Source: Folioceros fuciformis (Eukaryota). Taken from it: a stretch of DNA of 60,145 nucleotides. How positions within the stretch are numbered: the first letter of the stretch is position 1; each line of letters begins with the position of its first letter. The notes beneath the pieces were generated by a model. That model did not search any database. It saw only the letters and a program-made list of their open reading frames with translations, and was not told the DNA's origin. The translations under genes and the position numbers were made by a program. Where the stretch lies: NCBI GenBank assembly GCA_049999805.1, contig JBNGIO010006272.1, forward strand, positions 82,493 to 142,637, written 5' to 3'. Positions 11,301 to 24,985 of this stretch are shown here, piece after piece.

Positions 11301-12897
11301 ATGGCGCCCCGGAGGAGCGGGCGGAGGCAGGAGGAGGGGGGGCAGCGCAAGTTGGGGAAGGCTCGGCACCGGCTGCTGGGATTTATGGGCTTGGGGCTGT
11401 CGATTCTTGGCGTCTGGATCGCGCTGTGGGTGGCTCAAACGCTGGCTGATGATCCCCGGCTGTTTATGCCCGCCTGGCGGAAGCAGGATCGGAGGGTGAG
11501 GCTGACGGAGGAGGTGGGGACGGGCGCGGCACGGGGTGCGAACGTGAGCGGGTTTGAGAGCCGAGGTGGGACTGGGGATTTGGTGGGTTCGTGTGGTTGT
11601 TGCTGGAATGGAGGAGTTGTTGGGCGGGAGTGCATTGCATTTTTTTAATCTGGGATTGAGGGTGCGGGTGGTTGATTGTGGGCGATTGAAGGGGTCGTGG
11701 AGGACGAGGGGCCCGGGGCAGGAGTTGGCGGAGAGGCGTACCACGATTCGCAGGTGCTGCGCCGGGACTATGAGGAGATGGTGAAGACGTTCAAGGTGTT
11801 CGTCTACCCGGTGAAGGAAAATGATCCGTTCAGGGACATTTTGGAGCCAGTAGAGCACGAGCCGACTGGGAATTATGCCAGCGAGAGCTACTTCAAGAAG
11901 CTGCTGCTCAAGAGCAACTTCGTCACCACAGATGCCCGGGAGGCGCATCTCTTTTTTATGCCCTTTTCTATAGCCACCATGAGGCATGACCCTCGGATCG
12001 GGGTGGACGGGATCCAGGATTTTGTGAGCGATTACGTGGAGGCCATCAGGCAGGAATGGCCGTTCTGGAACCGGACGGGGGGTGCAGACCACTTCTACCT
12101 GGCCTGCCATTCCGTGGCCCGAGACGCCATGAAGAAGGCGTTGGATGTGAGGATCCATTCCATCCAGCTGGTTTGCTCCTCCAGCTACTACTTGCACGGG
12201 TTCATTCCACATAAGGATGCCTCTGTGCCGCAGATCTGGCCCAGGAAGGGCGGGGCGGCGGGTGCCGAGTCGGCAGAGCAGAGGTGAACGTTGTTTCCGA
12301 TGCGTGCCCGGCAAATTCCAAGCCATGGATGATAGATACTGCGACGTGCGATTTCGTGTGTGGTCACGTTCCCAGGGCCGCTGCTTTACCTCTTGTCACG
12401 TCGTGTGCAGGAAGGTCCTTGCGTTCTTCGCTGGAGCAGGGAATTCGCCTGTGCGAGCGGCTGTTGTCAAGAAATGGAAGAAAGACAAGGAGATGAAACT
12501 CTATGGGCATAGAATACGAAGGCCTTACGACCAAGCCCTCCTCACAAGCAAGTTCTGTCTCCATGTCAAGGGCTTCGAAGTGAACACAGCTCGGGTCGCC
12601 GACGCCATCTACTACGGCTGCGTTCCAGTGATCATAGCCAACTACTATGATCTTCCGTTCAATGACATTTTAGATTGGAGCAAGTTCTCTGTGGTGGTCA
12701 CCACGGAGGACGTTCCCCTCCTGAAGCCCATCCTCAAGGCCATCTCGGACGAACAGTACCGAAAATTGCATAGAAACGTCATCCAAGTAAAAAAGCATTT
12801 TATTTGGCATGAAACGTCTCAACCTTATGACGCGTTTCACATGCTGATGTACGAGCTTTGGTTGAGAAGGCATGTATTGAGGCACTCTGTGTTTTAA
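11301..12897 (+). CDS. Exostosin-family (GT47) glycosyltransferase, 3 exons
   Basis: N-terminal TM anchor; motifs FKVFVYP, GNYASESYF, PFWNRTGGADHFYLACH, SKFCLHVKGFEVNTARVADAIYYGCVPVII, YDAFHMLMYELWLRR. Intron 12284-12410 is clear; the first intron's acceptor is uncertain. Confidence 0.93.
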
Positions 12898-13248
12898 ATG
12901 TATCTACAACTCCTTTTCGGTTGCTTGCACGGCGCACATCTGTTATGTACTCTTGTCCTCAGCCCTGAACCTACATTTCTACACCGTCGAATGTCATCCT
13001 GCCCAAAGGCAATCTCGTCAGACCGTGACGGCTGAGCTCCCCCGCAATAAATTATAACTTTTCCAATGACCAGTTCCAAAATTTCAGCGCCTACTAAGGT
13101 ATGGTACACATCTGTTCCTCTGTCAGCGTCATCAATGGAGAACCAATTTTCAACCTGAATGGAATCTAAATACCTTGAACCGGTTTCAGAAACTCCAACA
13201 TGGGGCAATTGGATTCTAGTATACAGCAGCTCGCACCTTGTTCCACGC

Positions 13249-16200
13249 TCAAGAGCCCCTGGAGCCCGAAAGCAGTCGGACCTTGTCGATGCCATACCTA
13301 AGAACTTGTGATTCACCATCGTCGAAAAGCACTGTGAATTGTGACTTCTGTGGAGATACCCCAGCCACCGTACCCCTGTACCTGCGCACAGCACATTCCA
13401 GCACTTACTGACATCGAAAAACTAAACAATCTTATTTAGTTTTGCAGCTGCAAAGCAACTCTGCTTCGTCAGTCGGACACTTACCATGTGTCGTTGCTTG
13501 GCCAATACACCTCAATTTTTTTGCTGATAGCGTCCCTGCCAAGCCTCTCTAAGATCCAGCAATCATCTCCCACGGACCTTTCCTTTGCTCCATGATGGCG
13601 ATGGCTTCGCACGTCTCTGTCTTTAGACGACGTTTCCACCTTTTCAGCTTTTTCAGTACTACCTGTTTCCCGTCGTTTCCTTTTTGATCTCTGGCCCCTT
13701 ACTGCAGCTCTATCATCTTCGTCCAATGTGTCTATGTCTCTATCTTCGAAAAACTCTTTGCCGCTGTCACTTAACATAACCCCACCCATAGTCGCACTAT
13801 ACTTTTTGGACTTGTGCTTGAGCAAGTGGGTGCCGCCCCATTGCTGAGGACTTCCAGGATCATCTGTTTGCGCGGGACTAAACAGAGCCCCATCCACAGG
13901 TTTGCTCCTCTGCCCCGTGCTATCTGACATATCTGTGTTCACACTAAGCATCTTAACCTTTGGCAGCTTGAGTTTGAAGGTTAGCTCCCGCTTTGGCTCG
14001 GCTGCACCATCTTCACCGTCTGCCTCAGGATGCTTCTTGGACGACTTTGATGATCTTGACTTGGACCTCGATTTTGACTTCTTTGACGGCTTCTTTAGGG
14101 TTTCCTGCGTTCTCTCAGGTGGAGGTTCCTGATTCTCGTTGTCTGAGGGACACAACGTCATCAGTTCCTCCTGACTCGGCAGCCTTGCGGCAGCTTTTGC
14201 CTCTGCAATCTTTGATGCATCAGCCTTATCCCTTCTTCTCCACAACTCCCGCACAGCATCATCTGTATCCTTAATCTGCACACCATGTGAAAAAGGATAA
14301 TGAAGGAGCTGGACGAAAGTACCTGGCCACTAATTTTACAGCTTATCATTTGGAAACGGCTCAGTCAATAAATTCACAGCGTCCTAGAACTCACCTTATG
14401 AATTTCACCCCGACATGCTGGACAATTGTACCTTAAGTTGCCATCATGTTGAAACATCTCATAGCGTTCCTCACTGTAATATTTGAGCAGGACACAATTA
14501 GCACCCATTGAGGCAAACAAACGCCTTATTTCCCAGGGATACGATTTACTTCATCCCGATGGCATGAGGAGTAGTTACCTGATGCCATCACAGCCGATGT
14601 GCACCCAGTGCTCACATTTGTCGCAGCACACCATTGGCAAAGGTTCGGTATCCCTATAAACCTGTGCCACAACGTAGTGGCAGGTTAGTGGTGGCCAACA
14701 AAGCTTGAACAGTCTCCATCGTGTGAGCACGGGGTGGCTTGATCACACAGTAATACCTTGAGACAAACGGGGCAGTAGTTTTGCTTCACAAATAAGCGCC
14801 CACATGCATCACAGAAGATGTAGTTCAAAAACCACCTGCAACCACAAGTAACATCCCACGCAGCGAGTTTAGGGTTCAAGTACAGACTAACTGTCAGGGT
14901 TACTTTGTGGCTAAAGCAGATATGAAATGGGGTTGTGCTGTACCTTGAACTGATGCCACTCCCTGGGACATTGGAATTACAGCTGTGACACTGCGTGTGA
15001 TTTGGACAAAGAAAAGGTCCTTTCACAACGTGCTGCAAACCGAAGGCCCAGTATTAGAAGCAGCTCCAGAACAACCGAATCATCTATTAACACCTATTTG
15101 CGACAGTGAATGAAGACTCACCTTTAAAGGAGGTTGCTGACAATGAGTATGGTAGGCTCCATCGCACCTCTTGCAAAACATCAACTTATTGGGATCACCG
15201 GTGACTTTGCAAACCTGCAATTGCCAGCCTAAGAAATTAATATCAATCCAGAGCACATCTCACTTTCCGTGATGCATCAGCACAGGTACAAACAAATACC
15301 ACGAGTGCCTTGCAAAAAAGGGTCTGAACCTGACCTCACAACTTCTGCAGGCAGCACACACCCAGGAAGCCCAGTTGAACAAATCTGCCCAGCAACAGCC
15401 ATGGAATCAGGTTGGAACAACGTACAAAACGAGCTTCCAAGGACATTAGATTATTTCTTCCAAAAAAATATACCTCGGTCGTCTGCCCATTGTTTGAGGC
15501 AATTTCTGTGGAATTTTCTGGAGCATGATGAGCAGCTCATCATTCGCGCTGCATGTCCGGAGCCCAGAGTCTCACCAGACATACATATCTCGCAAACAAT
15601 TTGAGCACCTCGAAGGCTAGGCCCACTCGACACATCTTTGACATCTGCAGTAAAAGGCATCCCCTCAGCCTTCATGAGGGCCTCAGCATCCGCAACCTGC
15701 AGTCACAAACACAAAGCATGAGAACCGAAACAATCCAGTCATAGAGAATCAGCATGGGAACCGAAACAGTCTCCACTATCCAGATGTTTCTCCCCCGACC
15801 GTATACTCCCACTCCCGGCTCCACATCCAGCGTCCAGAACAACCTAATTCCAACTCCCTCCGTCTCAACATCACAGCTGGGGACAAGCCTCTCACCTGCC
15901 GGGCAGCCTCAAGCCGGGCGGCATCTGCAGCCTTCTTAGCATGCTCAGCCTTGACAGCCGCCTCGGCAGCAGCAATATTCGCCACGGCCACCTTCCTCCG
16001 CATGACAGCAGTGTCCGCAACCCTGGCGGCCTCCCCCTCAGCAACCCCATCTCCAACCTCCCGCTGCTCCCCACTAAACCCCTCCTTCCCACTCACAGCA
16101 CCCTCCTTCCTCTCCTGCTCCCTCCTAATCCTGGGCACCAAAACCTCCACCTCCTCGTGTCCCCCGGCCCGCAGGAAGAGCGGATTCTTCAGCAGCTTCT

Positions 16201-16452
16201 GCAACTCCAAGGCATTCTCCACAAACTCCCTCTTCCCTCTTTCGGCTTGCACTGCCGCAGGCGCCCCCAGCAGGCAGTAGCAAATCTTCCGGCTGCACAG
16301 GAAAGCAACGCCCAGCACGGCACGCATAGAGATGGTCAGCCAGATCGCAAAGCCCAGAATGCAGCATTCGCGTACAGAATTGGGCAAAAAGCAGCAAAGC
16401 AGAGGCGATGGGAGGCGGACCAGGTGAAGGGGCACGCGATGTGGAAGGCCAT
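13249..16452 (-). CDS. PHD-finger chromatin protein with a C-terminal Tudor-like domain (At3g08020-like), multi-exon
   Basis: Starts MAFHIACPFT/CRKICYC. Several PHD motifs (CEIC...CSSCSRKFH..C; CPNHTQCHSC; CDACGRLFVKQNYCPVCLK). Ends KIEVYWPSNDTW|YRGTV...FTVLFDDGE...* after splicing. Confidence 0.9.
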
Positions 16453-17084
16453 GGGCGGGCGGCGGGCGAGGCCCGGGCGGGGCCGGGCCCGACCAGGCCC
16501 GGCCCACGCCGCGACCGCAGGCCCGGAATTTTGCAGCAGACGACACCCGACTAAGCTCGCTCCCGAAGGAGAAGGGGGAGACGCTCGAACAAGGTGGCGG
16601 GGGCAACCATCGGATCGAACTTGGCTGCTCCCGGCTAATTTGAACGCCGCGCTCGCAAGGCCATAAAAGACGCTCGAACAAGGTGGCGGAGCGAGCAACC
16701 GGATCAAACGCGGTCTCGGATTGCGATTTTCACCTCCCTTGCTAATTGTCTGTCAACACCACACGCCAACAACGACGTCCAGCCTCTTCCTCAACTTCGC
16801 CACCCAAACCTACATCATACATAGTCTATCTATCTCGTCTCTAGACTATGTACTATATAGACCGTGGTACAGTCCCTACTCGCTTCGGCCCTTCCTTCCC
16901 TTTAGGGAGGAAGCCTCCCTTTACCTGCCTCTCCGCATAACTGAGCTTCCCACGACCAGTTACGTTAATGGGCCCACGCTCGGCCGCGACGCGCCGGACG
17001 CCTCTCGCGCTTCCTCTCTGCTCTGCGCGCGCTGTCTTCCTTCCGCGACCTCGATCGTGGGTGCCCAGCCTGCGTCCGCCCATG

Positions 17085-17860
17085 CGGCATGTGAAGGATT
17101 TGGAACGATGCGGTGGAGCAGGCGGACCGCACGGGCGGCTGTGCTTTGGCCCTTCGTCTTGCAAGCTGCTTGATTGGGATCTGGATTGGCCTTGTCCCTG
17201 GAGCCGGATGCTGGTAATCTGATGACCGCCGGAGACAGGCAAGCCTCAATGTCCTACGGAGGTTGTCCACCGAGTCGGCTCTGGCAGCTTTGTTCGTCCC
17301 CGCGGGATGGGATTGATGATCCAGGCTGTGGCTTTGGAGCACTTGTTCTGAGTGCATCTGCGGTTTCTCTTTTCCAGTCTCGGAGCCTGGCTGGTCTGTT
17401 ATCAGATGGCGTATTTTGTTCGTGGATGAGCTTATCACTTTTCACACGCCCTTCAACACGATTTGTTGAAGAGTGTGTGAAAGATGCAAAAGAGTGACCA
17501 CTACCTTGTTATCTTCCTGCCACGCCAGTAACCTAGTGTGGGGGTGAGGGAGGTGTGACATTACTGATTACTCGCTTGAAGAAACATATTGACACCTGGA
17601 AGCAAGTATGGCGAGTTATTCAACAGAGTGATTGTCGGCATGGTCCGTGCCTGTCTGTTTGGGGTCTGTGAAATGTGCACTTGTACAGGACACGACACCG
17701 GTAAGCTGCTGTTGGTGACACATGTGCCTTTACTCTTTTCGGCGTCTCCATATAGTTTCCTTCCAGGCTTACAGGTAGCAAAGAAATAGACCGAAACGTA
17801 ACGGATCACGCTGCTGCTTCTGCTGAAGAAGGCTCTTTCTACCTGCAGTGCAGCATGTCG
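17085..17860 (+). pseudogene. Decayed tandem duplicate of the LSG1 5' half
   Basis: Collinear matches to LSG1 exons and introns: gtgaaggatttggaacgatgcggtggagcaggc~19004; caagcctcaatgtcctacggaggttgtc~19259; KHIDTWKQVWRVIQQSD vs KNIDIWRQLWRVIERSE; ccttccaggcttac...gaccgaaac~20000. Contains indels and stops. Confidence 0.85.
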
Positions 17861-18878
17861 CAACAGCCTTGTTAGCCCTGCATTCATCGGTAGCAACCTT
17901 ATCAAGACTTGCTATCTATTCTTATGCGATCTCTTCCAAACTTTGTGACTGCTGCCTTCGCTGAGAACGACGGCGGTGACATCTGGTTGATTACGAAGGA
18001 GGGTTGAAGATTACAATCTACTGCCATTCCATACGGTCTGTCGTCAGCTGGGATAAGATACTGTTGCCAAGTTTTGTTCTCTGCCAAGTTTTTTGCTGCT
18101 GTTCGGCGTTCGCTGTGATGGAGAGTGTATGTGGGGCAGGATTCAGCTGTGATTAGAGATGTGGTGTTGTTCTTTCTCGTGTGAAAACTGTCAGTGCTGC
18201 CGGGAACTGACGTACTGCGCTTACGACTCACAGGGGGTGTACCGCTACACTCATGGAATGGCAGCAGCAAGGGAGGAGACTGCTACTCTCAAATAGGGTG
18301 AACAGGGCGTGGCGTTCCAGACAAGAACGGTATGATACGTTACAATTGTGTAGGCGCCTGCCGTTGGATATGGACTTCGAGACATCAAAGACCACGCCAG
18401 TCCCTCTAAATGATTTGATCACCATATCTTCCCTAAAAAACTATGAGCCTAGTCATCCATACTTGAGCTTGGTCGTCCGTTATCGTGCCCCCTTGTTTTC
18501 TGCCCTACAGCGTACGAGGTTAGAACGACTCGTCAAGACCTTACGGCCGGCAGACCTAATGTACCTACATACATACGTGGTACCGGTGAAAAGGAGACTT
18601 TATTGTAAAGCCACGATGGAGAAAGCCAAACTGGTTATAACTCCTAAATTGACCTCCACGTTGGAGAACGTATGTGGAAGGTGCCTGTGTACGTACGGCG
18701 CAATTAGAAACTCACCGTCACTCGTGAAATATACATAAATTACATTCACACAGAAGGAAGGCGACTTCGAAGGAAAACGACGCATCCTTCGCCGCCTCCT
18801 AGGCAGCTGAATGAATACTTGACAGATACCAGGCATACCAATTTCTTGCTGTTGCTATCGCTGGCCCAGGAGCGGGAC

Positions 18879-21596
18879 ATGGGGAGAAAGCAAAAGGCTG
18901 GCGCCGGGGGCCTGGGCCAGGCCCTCATCAAGCAGCGGGCACAAGGAGCGCGGCTGCCCGCTGGGAGGTATGGTGGGGAAAGGCCGTTGGAGTCCATCAC
19001 CGACGTTAAGGATTTGGACGAGGTGATGGAGCAGGCCGAGCGGGCGGGACGAGTATTTTCGGCGCTGCACCCCATGCCGGAGCTGCTCCTGGAGAAGTGC
19101 GTGGCCGGGGCCTTTATTGATCGCAGTTCATTTAAAGCTGGGGTTGCAAGGTGCTGAATTGGAAGCTGGATTGGTTCGGTGCAGGGAGGGGAATGCGAGT
19201 AACCTGACGCCTCGGGAAAGTGAGGTTCAGCGGAGAGCGGAAGAGGCTTTACACCAGTCAAGCCTCACTGTGCCGCGAAGGTTGTCACTGTGCACAGGTC
19301 CATGATCAAGTTTGTTCTCAGGGTTTTGCTTTAATTTGGCTCGAGTAGAAGACGTAGATTTTGCTCTTAATGATGTGGGGTAGTCTCGGGATGAAGGCTG
19401 GCACGGCTTGGGAATGTTTTGTTGACTAGTGTTCTTTTCAATCAGGCCTGCTTGGGAAGTGGGAATGACAGCTGAAGAGCTTGACATTCAGGAGAGGCAG
19501 GCGTTTTTGACTTGGCGACGAGGATTAGTTAGGTGAGTTTGCCTTCCTCCCTTGGTGAACGAGGTTCTGTTTCCAGACTCACTGTGGAGGAGGGTGGGCG
19601 GAAATCTGTTCCTTTTTTCTTTTTTTTTTTTGATTTGGCTTATGGTGCAAATCAGGCTCGAGGAAAATGAGAAACTAGTGATAACTCCGTTTGAGAAGAA
19701 TATCGACATATGGAGGCAACTGTGGCGAGTTATTGAACGAAGTGAATTGGTATGGCCCGTCCATCTCTATGGCTTTCACCATACTGTGCCTTTTAGCTTA
19801 ATGTGCTGCTTATAGGCTTTCATCTGAGCAAGTTTTTTCTGGCTTTTTCAGGTGGTTATGGTAGTTGATTGCCGGAACCCGCTGTTCTACAGATGCCCCG
19901 ACCTGGAGGTATGTATTCGTTTGCTGACGTATTGAAGATACTTGTAGGCTCACGGTTGGTTATGTTTCGGCTTCCTTACTTGTGTCTCCATGTTGTGTCC
20001 TTCCAGGCGTATGTGCAAGAAGTGGACCCAAACAAAAAGACCATGCTGCTGCTCAACAAGGCTGACTTACTACCTGCTGTTGCCAGGTTCGCCATAATTG
20101 TATCATAATCCAAGCTAGATTTATGTCGTTTTTTTGTCAGAGGCTGTGTATAGGTCTTCGCAGCTCAGCTTTGTTTGGGAATGGACATTCTGGATGTGTG
20201 CAGGAAACAATGGGCTGCATACTTTGTGGCTAAGGGGATTTCATATTTGTTCTGGTCTGCAAAGAATGCTACCGCTGCATTGGAAGCCAAGTTGGAGGAC
20301 TTTGACCTGGAGGAGGATAGTGTGACTGACCTAAATATTGCAATACTCAGCCGAGAAGAGCTTCTAAGTCGTTTGCAGACAGAGGCAGAACTAATTGCTT
20401 CTACAAGACGAGATGCCGCAAGAGTTGCCTTGGCTGAGCATGTGGGCAAAGAGAATGGTGAGGTTTCTCAATATGGTTCATCGAGAGTGGACTCTTCTAG
20501 GGCGCCCACTGGTCAGGTTGGCGGAGATGCGGCTGTGAGGAGGGTGGTGGTGGGTTTTGTTGGCTATCCAAATGTTGGAAAGAGCTCTACCATAAATGCT
20601 TTGGTGGGCGGGAAGAAAACAGGTGTGACATCCACCCCAGGCAAGACAAAGCACTTCCAAACACTCATCATCAATGATAAGTTGATGCTGTGCGATTGTC
20701 CTGGTTTAGTGTTTCCATCATTCACTAGCTCCAGGTCTGAGATGGTTGCCTCAGGGGTGCTTCCTATTGATAGAATAACAGATCAAAGAGGCCCCGTAGA
20801 CGTAGTGGCACAACGAGTTACTCGGGAAACTTTGGAGACTGTTTATGGGATTAAGCTGCCAGCTCCTAGGCCATATGAGCCTCAGAACCGACCTCCATCA
20901 GCGGCCGAGTTGCTGAGAACCTTCGCTTATTCTCGAGGTTATGTGGCTTCAAGTGGGCTTCCGGATGAGACCAGGGCAGCACGCCAGATTCTCAAGGATT
21001 ATGCAAATGGTAAGCTCTTACATTACCTTTTACCACCGGACGAGGAAAGCGAGTCTGCCAGCTCTCTGCCGCACCCTAGAGATCATTTCCAGGAGGAAGA
21101 TGCCTCCTCAACAACTGAAGGTTTAGAGTCTGATGAAGAAGGTGCTTACGATTCTCAGAACGGTGGTGAAGATGATGATCAAGTAAAACATAACACGGTG
21201 CCTGGCAACGAAGCTGGTGGTGCTCTTCATGGAGATGAATTGGACAGCGAGATAGTCGAGCTACAAGAAGCTAGCTCATCGTTGCAGAGTGAAGATCAGA
21301 GTCCTGTAGATGAGAACAGGAGTAATCAACTCCAGAGGTTGGACCCTTCGACTTCAGGGCATGGACTCGCAGACATTTTCCGTGAACTGAACACTGCCGG
21401 GAGCATGGGCAAACGATCAGCGGAGAAGACCAGAATGAAGGGTACCAACTCTCACAAGATGCACAAGAAGGCCCCAAGGAAAAAGGACAGGTCTTGGAGA
21501 GTTCAGAATGATGGGTCAGATGGTATGCCTCTAGTTAGAGGAGTATTGAAGCCCGTGAGTTATGGGGCAGAACCATTGCGCCAGGTTGTTGTGTAA
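18879..21596 (+). CDS. LSG1: Large-subunit GTPase 1 (circularly permuted GTPase, 60S maturation), multi-exon
   Basis: Motifs TPFEKNIDIWRQLWRVIERSE, LLNKADLL (G4), VGYPNVGKSSTINAL (G1), TPGKTKHFQT, LCDCPGLVFP. Confidence 0.95.
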
Positions 21597-21738
21597 AGTG
21601 CATCAAGGTGTGGGGAGGACCATTGCGCCAGGTCATTGTGTAAAGCGCATCAAGGTGTGGAAAGGACCATTGCGCCAGGTCATTGTGTAAAGCGCATCAA
21701 GGTGTGGAAAGGACCATTGCGCCAAGTGATCGTGTAAA
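21572..21738. repeat. 47-bp tandem repeat (3.5 copies) spanning the LSG1 stop codon
   Basis: ACCATTGCGCCA occurs at 21572, 21619, 21666 and 21713. Confidence 0.93.
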
Positions 21739-22070
21739 TTACATGAATTTGGTGCATCTTGCCCTCAATGCCAGCATGCCGTCCTATTTCTTCACGGAGG
21801 CGTAATGTATTTGTGATGTCATTCCATGTTCCACTTCTCCGGTCCATCACATTGCGTGGACATTTCCGATTGTCACACGGATCAGTACACGATGAGATCC
21901 GAACCGTCTCTGTGCTGTAGTTTCATGTCCAAGTTCTCCATGTTTCATCCAGAGGTGTAGATACCAGTCCCTCATCATCAGAACGAGTCTTCGTTCGTGA
22001 TCTAGTTGTAACTGGTATTACCTATGATACAAAATTTGCGAAGAATTGTCCTCTCCTGCAATTTGTTTCA

Positions 22071-24985
22071 CTACTGACTAATTCCCATCAACAGCCGCAC
22101 GTCGTTAATGCACATTTCACGCTGTTGATCCAACGACTTCTTATCAAGGGCAGTACTCGCTAACACCCTCTTCTTCTCCTGAAGCTGGAGAATACGCTCC
22201 TCGATACTATCCGTTACGATGAATCGGACCACTTGCACATCTCGTGTTTGACCAAGTCTGTGCACGCGATCCATTGCCTGCTCCTCAACAGCGGGGTTCC
22301 ACCATGGGTCCATCATATATACACGGCACGCGGCGACCAAATTTAGGCCCACACCGGCCGCTTTCACGCTGAGTAAGAAAACTGTCGGCCCACCTATCTC
22401 TTTGGACTCGAAGGACCTTTGGGCTTGCATCCTCTTGCTAGCTGCCATGCTCCCATCCAATCTAACGAACTTTATCCCTGCCTTTTCCAGGGGTCCTTCT
22501 ATTTGATTTAACATTTGGTTGAACTGAGAAAAGACCACTGACTTCACTGATGGATCCTTGTCCCTGTCCTTGATTATCAACTTGATAAGTTCGTTGATCT
22601 TAGCACTCGACTTTTCAGCTCTTCCAGCAAGACTTGTGTCCTTGTCTTCGGATGGGGCCATGACAAGGTCTGCAGATGTTAGAGGTGACCTGCAGAGTGG
22701 ACACTGCTGTTTATCCCGCACCAGAGATTTCTCAATGCAGGTTCGACAATAGACATGAGCACACTTCGTGATGATGGCCATAGATGGAGGTTGGAGACAG
22801 ATGGGACAATCAAATTCATCCCCACTCTGCAGTACAGCCAGCAGTTTCTGTAGTAACTCGGGACTGGCAGAAGCCGAATCTGCATTCACAGGTACTATTA
22901 CTGTCAGCTCTGGGAACTGTTGATAGAAACGAGCACGAAACCCTGCTGCCAGTCAGAACAATACCCCTTTGGATGGCAAAAAGACGTACCTCCGGCTGAG
23001 TTGACGCTTAATATTGGAAAATAGTCCGGGCAGAGAGCAGAGTGATCACAGATCTGACGCAGCCTCAAAATGAACTGAAGAGCTGTTGCATAGTTCTGAA
23101 GGATCCTGCCAGAGTTCAGTAAGCCCATGACAGCCTCCCTGCCCTCCCATTCCATCTTGTCATACAATTCCCTGTCTTCTTGTAGAAGGTGAACCCGATG
23201 GATAGAAATTGTCTTCCGGGGCAGCTCGACAAGTCGTTTACCATTGATCTCTGTCTCCTTAGTCCGCCGGAGTGCAATTGCTGTCATCAAGCCCTGGGAT
23301 ATCACTGATAAATGTCAGCACTTGTGACATCGAACTGCGATAAACACTCAACATCCAGCACTTAGGCCGTCAGTGACACAATGCCCAGCATCTGAACACA
23401 GCCCTGGGGATTGAAGTCTCACCTGAAGTCGAGTAAACCCACTTAGCTCGCCCTTCTGAAGCGGTCGCTGGATAGTTCGATTCCAAAACGACCTGTCATC
23501 AAATGGCTGTAGCCCTAAGAACGTCATAAAAGTAAAGAGATCCAAGGTACTGTTCTGGATAGGGGTCCCAGTTACTGCCCACTTCCTGTCAGCCCGGAGG
23601 GCTACCACAGCCTTTGTTTGCTTGGCAGATGGATTCCTAATGATATGAGCTTCGTCTAGTATAATTCTCAGCCAGCGAACTTGCTGCAAAGGAGCTCTTC
23701 GCTCAGTTCCTTCAGCAGAAACAATGCTATAAGATGTCAACACAATGTCAAAGTCATCCAGCCTCCTTCCCCCGGTAGCCGAGCGATCAGAGCCATGATA
23801 CAAATACACACCAAGGTGTCCCGGAGCGGTGTGCTCCTCCAGTTGTGTCACCCAGTTACCAAGCACAGACACTGGGCAAATAATAAGAGTTCCCTTGGGA
23901 CCATCCAATGCAGGAGCAGACAATGACAATGGAGTTACTGCTCCAGAAGTGTTGCCTTCAGATCCCATCGCACGAGTCTTGCCCTTGGCCGAAAGCTTTG
24001 GAGGCTTGGTTGCTTCCAGTTTCCGCTTCTTGGAAGGCCTGGATCCCTCCACATCTGGCTCCTCAGGCTTAGCTGAGTCAGAAGAATGCGAAACAGGAGC
24101 AAGGGATATGTTTCCAGCTCCTGGCCTATTGGTGACTATAAGGGCCAAGAGAGCCAGGGTTTTACCCAAGCCCATATCATCAGCCAAAATCCCACCCCGA
24201 AGCGGCTGCGGCCTGTCAACCGTGGAGAAATTGGTGATGGTATTCCGGTACTCAACTTTCTGGCCACCTCTCCCCTTCCGCACCTCCTCCCAAAACGGTG
24301 GCAATTCAGACGAATTTTCCCGGCTAATTAACCACGCCAGAGCCTCCTTCTGATGCTCATACATGGCGGACGTGACGACCCCGGACGGTTCCGCCACATA
24401 CCTCTCCTGCGCATCCCGGCATTGCGACAGCATCTGAAACACGTCATCCATATCCACCTTCTTTCTGCCCTCCTCGGCCTCCTTCCCCTTCACCTTCCCC
24501 CGGAGGAACTCCGAAACCCTGGATTGCGACCCTGCATGCGCCTCCTCACCGATCGAGGGCCCCTGCTGCAAGGACGTCTTGAGAGCAGCCCGCACAGCGT
24601 CTGCTGCCTCCACCTTGCAGAACACGAGAACCTGGCACGGCATCTTGAACTTGCTCTTGCCAGTGGAGGGCACGATGCCTTCGATCACGGCCAGCTTTTG
24701 GTCCACCAACGGAGCCAAGATGCAAGCCTTGGCCCGCTCCACGTGCCCCACCTGCTCTCCCCGCATATTGTTCACCCGGATGGCGTTCCCGTCATACGGG
24801 TTCTGGGGCTCCCGCATCAGACAAACCATCTCCCGGCTGCTGACGGTGCCGTGGTAGTGCTGCAGGCCCACGATGCTCACATCCACCATCCCGATGAGGT
24901 ACTTCTCCTCTTCATCCTCGCTCTCCTCCTCCCCGTCGTCTTCGCTGTCCGCCTCCTGCCTTGACAGTCTCCTTCTCCGGCTCAT
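22071..24985 (-). CDS. HLTF/SMARCA3/RAD5-like SNF2 ATPase with HIRAN and RING domains, 3 exons
   Basis: HIRAN (IVGLQHY..REPQNPYDGNAIRV), GGILADDMGLGKT, IILDEAH, TGTPIQN, LRLRQICDH, RING CPIC..CAHVYC..C..CPLC, DPWWNPAVEEQAMDRVHRLGQ. Confidence 0.95.

Noticed and set aside
10680-12326. 548-aa minus-strand ORF
   Set aside because: Antisense shadow of the GC-rich exostosin gene with low-complexity Pro/His/Arg composition.
12894-13394. 166-aa minus-strand ORF
   Set aside because: It overlaps the real last (Tudor) exon of the PHD gene in another frame plus the 3' UTR.
18253-18738. 161-aa plus-strand ORF
   Set aside because: No recognisable domain; it lies between the LSG1 pseudogene and the LSG1 promoter and is likely incidental.
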